Assembly: GCA_010405405.1 (NCBI GenBank)
Contig: MU004239.1
Span: 62,001-126,000 of the forward strand
DNA length: 64,000 nt
From: Microthyrium microscopicum
Taxonomy: Eukaryota
Direction: 5' to 3'
Made by a program: the position numbers and the translations under genes. The notes beneath the pieces were generated by a model. That model was not told the origin of the DNA and ran no database searches. It saw only the letters and a list, made by a program, of their open reading frames with translations. Numbering within the stretch: the stretch's first letter is position 1; each line of letters opens with the position of its first letter. Below, piece after piece: positions 8,387 through 20,384 of this stretch.

Positions 8387-11300
8387 TAAATACTTTATTT
8401 TAGGTAAACTTTATATATTTTATAAAGTAGAACTTTAATAAATTATATTTTAGTCCTTTTTACTTATATTAGATAATGTTTATTTTATATTAAAATATAG
8501 GTAAATATTTCTAAATAAGAGAGACTAATAGAATATAACGCTAAAGTAAAATTAAATAAAAAGCGTTATTAGGGCGGCATAGTATATAGAGTAGTATATT
8601 AATCTAATTTATATATATTTACTATAAAAGATAGTAAATTAGAGCTAGAGTAATTACTAGATATTATTTATAGCTTCTATAAGAATATTTTACTTATTCT
8701 TACTAAAATAGTAATAAAGATTAGGGTAGCTTATTTTTTAAGAAATATAGTTTAATTATTTATTTCTATTTATCTTATTAGTTACTAGATATATACTTTT
8801 TATATTAAGTACTTTTTAATAAAAATATATAGATAATAAATATATATTATTATTATTAAGAAAACTAGTCTATATAGCTTTTAGCTTATTAGTAGATATA
8901 TTAATCTTTAGTATAAAAGCTTTTATAGATTAAGTAAGAGAGTAGTAAGCCTCTTATTAACTTATTTTTTATAGAGTAAAGCTAGTTTTAATATAAAGAT
9001 AAGCTACTTTCTAAAAAGAAAGTATTATACTTAGAGAAAGAGAATATCTAGTCTTTTAATAGTATATTTATTTAGTATTTATTACTACTACGTAGTACTT
9101 TATATTAGTAGTAATAAAGCTAATCTTAAGGTCTTATATATAAAAGTTAGTAATATAAAAGCCCTTCTTATTAAGCTTAGTAATAAATACTATATAATTA
9201 TTATTTTAGAAGCTATAAGTACCTTTGTCCTTTTTTACTCTTAAACTTTATTACTTTAAACTCTTCTATAAGTTAAGTATAAATTATTACTTTAATTTAT
9301 TTAGAATCTATAGCGTATATTAACTTAGAAGTATTATAATAGATAAGACTTATATATAAGAATATTAAGACGTTTACTAACTTTAGAATTAATTTAATAA
9401 GCTTTTCTTAAATAATAATTTATTTAATATAATAAGCTAAGGTATAAATCTTTATAGAAGAAGATAAAAGCTTAAGGTAGCCTAAGCTAACTTATATTTT
9501 TAAGGATAGTTATACTATACTTATTTTAAATTATTTTTACGTTCTTAGTAAGTTAGAGAGCTAATAAAATTAACTATATAACTAATCTTTATTATTAGTA
9601 ATAGTAAATAAAGTTAGATTCTAGTAGAATTTATTAACTTTAAAGATTTTCTAGACTACTAATTAGCTCTTTTAAAGTAACTAGCCTATCTAGGTTAGGC
9701 TTAGATTTCTAAATACTAGATTATTATATATGCTCTTTAACTTTTAAAGCTTTATACTTTAGACTAGATTTACTATTAACTTTTATCCTAGATAGCTTCT
9801 AGATATATTTCCTTTTTATAGATTTTCTATCTTTACTTTTCTCTTAGCTATTTCCTTCTAGCTTCTCTTTAGCTATTCCTCTTTAGCTAATTCCTTTTTA
9901 GCTATTCTCTTTAGCTTTACCTTATTCTTAGCTCTTCCTATAGTATTCTTCTTCTTTTCTAGCCTCTCTATTTTTTATTATTCTTTATAGATTTACTAAT
10001 AGTTAAACTATAAAATATAGACCTTAGGATCTTATAGTACTATTTATAGATATACTTAGCTATACTAAAAAATAATTTATTAATAGTATATATTAGATAT
10101 AACTTATAATTATATCTCTTTATATAATTTCTTAGTTAGAGAAGAGTATTACTTAGTTTTTAGAGCTACTACTAATAAAGGAAGTCTATTTTAAGATAGT
10201 ATATTACTTTCTATAACTCTTTCTATAAATAGAGATATAGTATACTATAGATAGGTTTACTAATATAATTAGTAACTAATTAAACTAGCTTTAAAAGTAA
10301 ATATATAAGTTATTTTATAGATAACTAAAAAAGATTCTTATACTTTATAAAGATAAGATAAAAGACTTAATATATAGAGAACTCTTACTTTTAGTAGTAG
10401 TTATTAGTATATAAAATCTATTTTTTTACTTTTATTAATTACTTCTTTAGAATAGGCTTCTTTATAATTAACTTCTTTATTATAGGCGTCTTTATAGCCT
10501 AAGAATCCTTCTTTTTATAAAGTCTCTTTAGTCCTTTTTTTTAAATAACTTTTATAATAGGCTAAAGATTTAGATTAAACTTTACTTAATTAGTAGGACT
10601 TACTAGTTAAGGATTTTATTACTAAGAAGGATTAAGTTTTTAAGACTAATTATCTTTCTTTTTATTATAGCTCTTCTTTAAGATCTAAATAGGAGGATAG
10701 TAATTTATAAGAGAAGAAAGTTTATTTTAATAGTTAAAGTTTACTTAACTCTAATATTAAGAAATAGGTTAGTACTACTCTTCTTAAGTTTAATTTATTA
10801 GTTAAGTTTTATACTAAGTTAGAAAAGTAAAAATAGATTAAGTATAAATAGTTTAATATTAATTCTAAGATAGAGAGTAAGACTAAGATAGAAGTAGAGA
10901 TTAAGAATAAGTAGTCTAAAATAGAGGCTAAAATAGAGGCTAAAATAGAGTTTAAACTAGAGTTATAACTATAGAAGGATCTATATATTATAAAGATTTT
11001 AATTCTATATACTTAGAGTTAGATTTAGAGCTAAAAGAAGGATTAGCTTCTTTTTCTTATTAATTTAAGTAATTATTAACTTCTTCTTTATTAGCCTAGT
11101 TAGCATAAAATAAAGGAATACTCTTTTCTTTTTTAATCTTTATCTTCTTAAAAGGATTTAAATTATTAGAATTATTCCTTAGTAGTAATATTAATCTCTA
11201 ATCTAATAAATTAATATTACTAGTAGCTATTCTTTTTATTAATATAAAATAATCTTTTAAGCTATTTAGAGTAATATTAATTCTAGTATAAGTAAAAGAA

Positions 11301-11459
11301 TACTTTATAATATTATATTTTTAGTAAGTTTACTAAGTATAAGCCTTTTCTTATATATAAGTAACTATTTTAGTTAAGATAATACGTTTTTTACTTATAA
11401 TAAGATTATAAAAATCCTTATTTAGATACGCTTTAAAAGTAATTTTATCTTAATATTCT

Positions 11460-11930
11460 TAAAAGTACTTCTTAATAACTTAGTTAATGCTAATATCTAA
11501 AGGTTAGATTTTAGCTATTAGTCTAGAAGTAATAACTATAAGAATAATGCTATATATATAATAGTAAGCCTTAACTTTTTTAGTAATATAAAACGCTATA
11601 GAGTTAATAATAACCTTTAATATTAGCTAAGGAGGTATAAGCTATATTAGTAAGTAAATTTAGCTAATAGGATTACTATTAAACTTTATAAGTTTAATAG
11701 TAGTAAAGATATAAGCTTTATTACTTTAAGAATTAAAGCTTATATTATATTTTAAAGGATAAGTTAGAATAAAAATAAATTTAAAGAAGAATATTCTTAC
11801 CTTAAGCTTATTAGTAATATTATTCTTACTTAAGTTAGTACTACTTAGAATCTATATAAGGAACCTATTAATCTTTAATTTATAAAATAATTAGGAATAA
11901 ATTTATCTAAGTAGTTTTATTAAACTTTAT
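11460..11930 (-). pseudogene. Relic catalytic region of a pogo/DDE_1 transposase
   Basis: Minus strand reads IINSIAFYITKKVK...VITSRLIAKI*PLDISIN. Reverting RIP transitions gives D-S-x-x-F-H ... Q-P-L-D-x-x-x-N with 35 residues between the aspartates. KFNKT near 11920 is a candidate for the first (D-E-T) motif. Confidence 0.75.
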
Positions 11931-14900
11931 AATAATATATTTATTATAAAGAAATCCCTTAGTAACTTTGTTTTAACTATAATGTTTAGTAGGTAATCTA
12001 TAGAATATAATTAATAGTTTTATAATTATTTTTCTATTAGTAGAGGTTTCTAAATATATTATTATTAATTATTTCTTTTATCTACTTTTAGAAATAGTAT
12101 AAGAGATATTATTTAATTCTACTAGGTAATAAGTATAGCTAGATATAGTTTTATATATATAAGGAGTTTTATTATTATTTATAATAAAATAAGTAAGAAT
12201 TTAGGTATATGCCTTTACTTTATAGCTTATAGAAATAACTAACCTAGTATAGTATTACTAATAAAAAGAAATAAAGTAATTAATAAATTATTTTTAATCT
12301 TAAGAAAGGTTTTAGCCTATATAGGTTATTTTTTAATAAAAAATCTAGTAGCGTTTTTAAAACCTTATAAGCTAGCTTCTTAAAAAGTAAGGTCTTTAAG
12401 GAATAGCTTATCTAGATACTATAAGGGAAGTATATACTAGAGGCTATTATTAAGTAGCTTCTCTAAAGAACTAGCTAGATAAAATTTCTTAGTTCTTTAT
12501 AAGCTAAATAATAAACTAGTAATAGATTATAGATTCTAAGTTTAGAAAGTATTCTTATTCTATATTAAGTTTTATTTTCTTTTAGTTACTAGTAATAAAT
12601 TTAGCCTTATTTTGCTTTTTTTACTAATAAGAAATTATAAATTTATTAACTAAAAAGTAGTTACTTGCTTCCTTAAACGTTATATATTACTATAATTACT
12701 TAGTTACTAGATCTTTAAAGTATCTAAGCTTTAGACGTAAATATAAAATTTATTTTTTATATAGCTAAAGAACGTAGTATTTATAAATTATTTATCTTAG
12801 GATTTTAGTCTATATAGTAATATTATATATTTTAAAAGCTCTTTTTTTTAGAGTAGAGTAGTTAATTTTACTATCCTAACTACTAAATTTTTTAGTAGTT
12901 TTTTTATATTTAATAAAGTAACTTTACTTTGCCTAAAGGTTAGCCTTTTTAGTATTTATTAATAGATTTTACCTTAGAATTAGTCCTTACTATATTATCT
13001 TTAGTTAATTAAGTTCTTTTGCTAGTAATTTATATATATTTTCTATATATATAGTTAAGTTTATAGTTTAATTAAGGCTATAAAGTCTTTAGTTTATTAG
13101 TAGCCTTTCTTATAGCTTTCTTCTCTATATTACTCTTTTACTAGTAATTTAGTATAGCTAAGTAAGTTACTAAATCTAGTATACTAGTTATAGGATATAA
13201 TTATTCTTTTTATAAAACTAATATATAATTATAAAGAGTAGTACTATAATTTATAATTAGTAAAAATTATTATTATACTAAACTAAAAGAGGCTAATTAA
13301 TGTTGCATCCTGAAAATTCTCTATGGTATACTAGTACCTAATACATATCGATAGGGTTTGGATGTATTATGGCAAGTAACATAAATAGTATACAACATTA
13401 TCCCTTTCTTCTAGAATGTTTTGAATATGTCCTGTTTACATGACTACAACTCAGCCAGATCTGTCTGGACGAGTGTATATCGAGCAAACACTGCAAGTCT
13501 CTTACTCTGGGAAATACAAAAAAAGTGATTTGAGAAACAATCGGTTGCGACTTGCTCGTCGACGAATACCAAGGAAGCAAGTGCATTGTCTACTTCACCA
13601 AATACTCGTTCATATGCTACAGGTATCATACGACATTTCACTAATCTGCCGGACCCCCGCGGGGAGACTGTTGATTTGGATAAGAGGTTAGCTTCTTGAC
13701 TAAGATAAAAAGAGGACATGCATCAGAGGCTTTAGAGCTAGCATTGAATTGCCATCAGCGACTGGGGAGTCATTTACTAACATACTTTAGTGAATGAATA
13801 GGTTAGGTAGGTACCTACCTACCTAAGTACTAGTTGGTACATGCTGATGTTCTCAACATTGCTACTATGGCTTGATATAAGCATACCATACTTCAATCCA
13901 GATTGATTGACTGCAAACACTTTCTTAGTGGCTCACATATTACAGGTACTAGTCGCCCAAATTTTGATGAAAATATCACCCGCAGGAGGATGCAATTTTG
14001 GAACACTTAGCTTCTCTTTCTCTATCGAGGGAAATCAGGTTTTATTTTCCATAAAGACAACCGAACTCTTTCCTTGCGTGAGATATCCAAGCACAGCAAT
14101 AGGGTTTCGTTGAGCTCGAAGCTGGCAAATGCTGCTCCTTGAACAGGACGACTTCGGAGTACATGCAAGCAGTACTAAAGAAATAGCTGCGTACACTAGA
14201 CAATCATAGCCCGCGGAGTTCTCCATGGTATCAAATGAGATTCCAAGCGGCTAGAGCGCATATAATGGAGCATTTTCATACGAGAAGAGGCTGAAAAAAT
14301 AAGAAATAAACCTTGATGGACCGCAGACTCTAGCCATCCGTATATGGCACCACTGCATCTCGATCCAATGAGGTCTACTTCCCCAGGTCTCAGTTGCACC
14401 TCATGCAGTTATTTTATGCACTGACGCACATTTTGCCTGTCAAATGTCCCTGTACATAATTTCTGCATGCAGCCAAGGCAGATTCCAAGAACTAGAACAA
14501 CCAGGAGTTGAACTTTTCACCCCCGCGACAAGGCCACTAATGACAACTCTGTGTCTATATGACGCTTGCCATAGATGTCAATCCTCCTCTTAGCCAATCT
14601 CTTAGCATTGCTATGATTAAAACTTCTAACAACGTAGCTTGGTGTGGGATTATGCGCCTCGGTTGCTTTCGGCAGGAAGAGAAGTTACAAATCAAGACTG
14701 CGGTGCCGGATATGCAACTCAGCTGAGAGGAATGAAAGCATCCTGGAAGACTAGTTGGTATAAAAATGGAACTGCTATAAATGTATCACAAGTTCCTGAA
14801 AGTAAGAAATGTTGAATCTGTTTACTCACAAGGATATCATACAAACTCGTTTGCCAGATTTAACCTCGACCTCCATTGTTCTCAAGCGACAGCATTTCGC

Positions 14901-15145
14901 TGGTCCATGGAGTTTATAGTCCAATTCTTTTCTTTACTTTTGAAAGCTATTCGATAAATAGTTTCATCAGTAACACAATCATACCAGACGACGATATGTG
15001 AGAAACGCAGACAACCACAAATGTCAACATTAATATCACCCAAAATGGATTCTAATCACGAAAGCAGAGAAAAAATTGAAAACACGACAGTCTAATTTGA
15101 CAACCCAGCACGATATTAGCACAAAAACACAGCCAGCTCTTTATA

Positions 15146-15836
15146 ATGCCGAACGATAGTATCACTAGCCACTCCAATGGCACTGCGGACACACTTGCCA
15201 ATGGACATACCAATGGACATACCAATGGACATACCAATGGAAATACCAATGGTCACTCGAACGGCTCTTCCAATGGCACGTCCCAGGTTGCCATTGACCT
15301 CGCAACTCGTCTCTCAGTGAACAGATCCTCGAAAGCTTTCAGCTCTTATGCTGTCTCTCTGGTCTCTCTTCCACGCGGAACAGTCTTTGCCCCGATTACA
15401 GGAACTACTGCTGGAACCAAGGCATACACAAGTGTACAAGTCGGACGTGACTCCCACATCGAACTCAATAGCGAACTAGTTTTCTGCAACCACAGCTGCT
15501 CGCCCAGTCTAGAGTTTGATATGGCTCGTATGGAGGTCAGAGTAGCTCGAGACCGGGACTTGGTCGAGGGTGAAGCTTTGACTTTCTGGTATCCAAGTAC
15601 TGAGTGGGAGGTAAGCTTTGATCCATCATGCGTTGATGGTTCAATGTAGCGGACGGATTCTGACTTTTCACTAGATGGCACAACCTTTCGAATGTGGATG
15701 TGGTACTGAGCGCTGCAAAGGATGGATTAGTGGCACTGGCCAGATGGATGAAAAAGTAGCGCGAGATTACTGGCTGAATGATCATATCGAGGAGTTGTTG
15801 AAAGAGAAAATCGCAGGGCAGACCACAGTAAACTAG
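15146..15836 (+). CDS. Small SET + post-SET domain protein, 2 exons
   Basis: NHSCSPS and GEALTFWYPSTEW motifs. Intron 15611-15674 (GTAAGC..CTGAC..TAG). Exon 2 MAQPFECGCGTERCKG supplies the post-SET CxCx4C. The N-terminus has NGHT repeats from a 12-bp tandem. Confidence 0.88.
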
Positions 15837-16312
15837 AGTCCAATGCTGAGCTGGCAAGTTTGATTTGAAATTGCAATGGTAAGCGCCTAGCATATAGAAG
15901 GAAACGTTTTCAGTTGTAGTAATGCTGACGATATGATAGTTGTGGCACGCAGTATCCTTTATGCTGGATATGGTGAATCTTTCAACAGATTGGACCGAAT
16001 GAGTTTGAGTTTTACGTATCGATAGAGTCGAAATCCCTGGTAATGGTTGTGCTTATAACTTTATAAGTAGCTCTGTCACAGGTTGAGGTCCTATATCAAT
16101 ATACATACATATTCTTGATATCTCGCATGTTCCGGGTGGTTGTTTGGATGTTTGCAAGTAATCAAGTTTGAGAATGATGATTTCGATAGACGGAAGGTGA
16201 TTGAAACCTTTTTAGCCAACAAGTAAGTTCTCAGTAAGAATAGCACAGATTCTGTGTTCACTTATCGAAACTGCAGAAAAAGTGTAGACTGCGTAAGTAT
16301 GCTAGTTCACAG

Positions 16313-17235
16313 TTACTGTCGATACTCTCTAGCAACGCCCCAATACTTCTGCAAGAAGTCTTTAATCGTCGTAGGCTTCACACTTGGGCATAATTTATTC
16401 AATATGGGCGTCGTTTCCCCATATCCCAAAGCCACGGCAAGACTTGCTTGACCAGTAAATCCCATTCGACCTGGTTGTTTGCTCATTTCTTCCCAACTTT
16501 TCATTCGGATGTATTTTTTATCAATGGACTTGCCAGTGACAGCTTCCACCTTTTCAACAAGTTGGTTCATTGTCAGCGTTCATCCCGACATTCCAGACTC
16601 GGGCACCCACCGCTCCAAGTCGAAGGCTGCAGCGATCAACATGCCCACATCGCAAATATCCGTTGTGGTGAACTTCGCTTCTCCGTCACCAGGTATTGTA
16701 GCTGTACCATTTGGGATGTCCAGAAGTGATGCCATGGGATACAGGCCACAAAGGCCCTCCGTCTGGTTGGTAGAACCAGTGCAAAAGTAGTTCATGAATA
16801 TTCCGTTGGAGAAAAGGGTAAATTTCATTCTCGACTCTTCCAGAGCTTCTACTATCGGCTGTTTGTTTCGCTGTCTTTGCACAATCTCGCCTCAATTCGG
16901 ACTGCTACCAACGTCGCTCGGAGCGAACCGCTTCACACCGACTTCTTGTGTATAAGGTAGCACGAAGCAGATTCAGCAGATTCATTCCTAGTGCTCCAAC
17001 TTCATCGTCCGAGTTAAATACAGTTGAAATGGCGGTATCGAATCCCTTCAGAGCGGATATTAGGCTTTCCTAACTCGCGTAGTCTATGGGTTTTACTGTT
17101 ACACTCGGTATTGCAGATAGTCGTTCGTTCTGGAATGTGGTCAATGCGATGATGGCTTTTTTCTTACGAAGAGATGGAATTGATGATGCTTTGAGCTACA
17201 GTGCCACTTGCACTTGCAATAGCTACTTTGCCCAT
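16313..17235 (-). pseudogene. NmrA-like / isoflavone reductase-like pseudogene
   Basis: MGKVAIASASG (degenerate GxxG), IDYAS*ESLISALKGFDTAIS, GVKRFAPS, FSNGIFMNYF, FTTTDICDVG and PTTIKDFL lie in different frames, with in-frame stops. Confidence 0.8.
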
Positions 17236-19307
17236 GCCTGCTTGTTGGCGAGATGACGAGATGGGGAAAGCGGTAGAAGTCCAGGCATTCAAAGAGGTAA
17301 AAGATGCAACGGAGATACTGAGATGAGTTACCAAAATGATTGCCGAATATCTTATACAAAAGATAGCATTCCAGGACTGATTCATGTACGGCGTTGCTGG
17401 AGTCCAGCAATCCGCCGAAAGCGACATCAAAGTAAGCACTGGAATGTGGCAGTGCGATCCGTTACTTGCATAGGTAATACACTTCGAATTCCAATGCGGG
17501 ATCTTGTGCTCGGAAAAGTATACCGAAAGAAAGATGCCATAGCAGAGCTGGGTCAGGTCTATACATGATGGCAGTAAGATTACTTTGGAGAGCATAGAGC
17601 AAGGTGCTTAATATCCATGAGATATTGATGTTGACACTGCTTGACTGCCTCGTAATTATTCGCCACGAAATTGAACTTTGGTAGAAACATTGATCCTGTA
17701 TCAGCATTTCTTCAATACCATGAAGTAGTGACGTAAGTTCTAGCACATTTTGAATTAAATAATATGAATTCTTGAAGACAGCCAGTGTGAGACATGTATG
17801 TCCGATATCTCGACGCAGAGTCTTGCAGCCGGCGCTTGCTCAGCAAGACAATTTTGACGAGACAGTTAGAAATACAATCTCAATCATATCGATCTGACAA
17901 CAAAGGGAGGACTCAAATCTGGCAACGGAGTAGCCAGATGAGATACTTGGCGTCTAAGCAACTTTTCTCATGAATAGGGGCTAAAGAAGCTATAACAATC
18001 AATTATGCTTGGCCTAACTCTTGGTAGTTGAACAAACTTCGGTGAGACATAATTCTAATAGACTCAACGCCCCAAAATAACAGCGAAGACTGTTTTGAAG
18101 ATCCCCATCTCGCCGACTTGATAATATCTCAGTGTTTTACAAAATGTAACCTTCCAAGCTCTTGTGATGTGTTGTTTGGAGAAGACGCGTAAGATAGTCT
18201 GCGATTCGATATCGTTTCAACTTGGCAGTCGAATACAGCCAAGCCGATAACGGTTGACGGCCCGCAGATCGATTTGGATATGATTCTCTTGGTTTTGATT
18301 GATCATCTTGAACCATTCCAATTTAGGTCTGCTAGAAACCTAAAAGACACAGGAGCAGAAGGGAGAGGGCTCGGCAGAAGTTCAATTGGCAGAAAGCATA
18401 GCGCATAGTTGCTTCCGTGCCTTCTTTTAAGATGATCATAGTCTTGCAGACCAGGGGTTATTGGCCTTGACAACGCTTGGTATCATAAACATGTGCGCCG
18501 CTTTCCCTTGAACAACTTATCATGTATACTTTTTGACTTACAGGTTACAACCGATCTGGTGGAACCTGCCAAGGTTGGTACTTGTACTCCGTAACGCACT
18601 GCATGCAACTGTCAGCAACAAGGCCCGTGGATCACCAAAAATGGCAACGAGCAACGCTCAACCCAACCATGTTCCCAATATCAAGCAAGATGCCAAGCGT
18701 TACAGAGGCGAAAGAGGCTCTACACAATGCAAGGCGACGATTCGCCCTGCATAGCGGATATATGCCGGTAATGGGGAGAAGATGAACAATTGGATTCACG
18801 GAATCCATCAGATGAAGTTGCAGTAGGATTGCAGCTTTAGTGTACAACCATGCCGCAAAGTACAACAACGACCCACATACCGTAGTGAACATCTTGAAGT
18901 TATTCCGCCTATCAAAATATCACCAGCCTGAGCAATGAAAAGCCGCTAGAATATGTAGCGGCTAAACATTTTTGTACAGCAGTTGATGTTGCTAGCCTTG
19001 TCCTACACAACTTTCAACATGTTACCCCGCGTTTAATTTTCTTCTCCACGATCTGATGACCTCTGTTGAACAGACGGAGTGCATAAAGCAGGATGCGCGA
19101 CCGGGTTGTCTAAATTGAATCTTGCTGCGCGGAGCACCAGACATGGTTGCTTTACACGGCAGAGCTTGATACAATCCAGCAAGACGGATGCCGCTTGGTT
19201 GGCTGTTCCGCGGCATTTATGTACAAGCTAATACACATTGGCACAGGGTGCATAAAGCTTCGCCGGGCTGGTCCGACGAGGGTGATGCTTAGGACTTTAG
19301 ATGCAGT

Positions 19308-19618
19308 GGGGAGGGTCAGCACCTCCAAATAATGAGAATTCTCTTGCAAATCCTACCCAAAATAGGTTAGAATAAGAATTCTATGTCGAGCCGCTAGACA
19401 TAATGTCTAGCGGCTCGACATAGATTTCTGCTTCTTAAAAAGGTATAGCGTCTAGATTCATAGCTTATGATTGGGCAAAGGCCCCTAAGCAGCTCAGTCT
19501 CAATATTTTGTGGAAATATTAAGGTTAAAGGCTAGAGCTACTAATAGCTAGCTTCAACTACTTTCGGCTAAACACCAAGAACAAGAATTCTCATTTTCGG
19601 GAGGTGCTGACCATCCCC
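19308..19618. mobile_element. 311-bp MITE, possibly PIF/Harbinger-type
   Basis: 35-bp TIRs at 19308-19342 and 19584-19618 (31/35) beginning GGGGA. 3-bp direct repeat AGT on both flanks (19305-19307, 19619-19621). Confidence 0.75.
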
Positions 19619-20384
19619 AGTTGTGGGCTTGGAAGCACTTTCAGCTGTCAGAAAGCTGAAGAAAGGGGGGTTGGTAGAATGCTGAGTAGGTGGTGACGAT
19701 AGCGTACAGTCAGATGATGTTTCTTTTGCTGTGCTGGAGGGTTGCTAGACAATCCTATATGAGCAGAACAAGGGCATGACTATGAAGCGGTGAAGAAGAT
19801 AAAGTGGTGTTCAGCTTTTTAGACCACTTTCAGAGTGTAGCAGCCATCATAGAAGTGGAGGTGGGCCCGTAAAAATGGCGCGACATGTCAAGGACGACAA
19901 CGGTTAACATCGTGGAAATGAAAGTATTTGTCCGGTGGGAGACTAAGATTCAAGCTAAAAAGAAGACGGTCTCGATATTAGCGTACAGTGACGTTTGGAT
20001 TGCTGGCAATTGCAGTCGGTATTGCAAAGTGGAATATAAATGTACATGTACAGGTAGCGGTACACGAGCACGAGAACGTAAGGTAAATGCGCTGGTGAGC
20101 CGGCATCTTTACCCCAGAATTGCGAAAATCCTGGTCATTTAGATTTGCGTGATTTATGGATGGCTCAAGCTGAGAAGTTGAACTTGAAACTTGCAGCATC
20201 CGACCCTTTAACGTGCTGTTTCGCTACAAGCCGACCTTCGGCCTGTCAAAGCGCGATCCAGACCGCTAAAGCCAGAACAGAGCAGCGTCTAAAGATTAAT
20301 TCAACCCCGTCGCCCTTGCTTCTATATAGCACCCCCAGTAGACCGTTACTGTACAAGCAATTCAAGTCGCGCAAAGGCTGACAT

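Larger units (their letters stand above)
6041..13328 (-). mobile_element. RIP-inactivated pogo/Fot-like (Tc1/mariner superfamily, DD35D) DNA transposon, about 7.3 kb
   Basis: 35-bp TIRs at 6041-6075 and 13294-13328 (33/35, both mismatches transitions). TA on both flanks (6039-6040, 13329-13330). Extremely AT/TpA-rich interior with no ORFs and a degenerate DDE_1 motif on the minus strand. Confidence 0.88.

Noticed and set aside
6041..13328. Contamination, organellar insertion or a Starship-type element
   Set aside because: The TpA excess and stop-codon density fit RIP. TIRs, TA flanks and a DD35D motif identify a pogo-like element, and no tyrosine recombinase captain is visible.
13398..14400. 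Short ORFs next to the transposon and an 18-bp palindrome at 13804-13821
   Set aside because: No recognisable motifs. The palindrome is a low-complexity TAGG/CCTA junction.
17300..19300. Possible gene relics among short overlapping ORFs
   Set aside because: No family motif or coherent exon chain could be assembled by eye.
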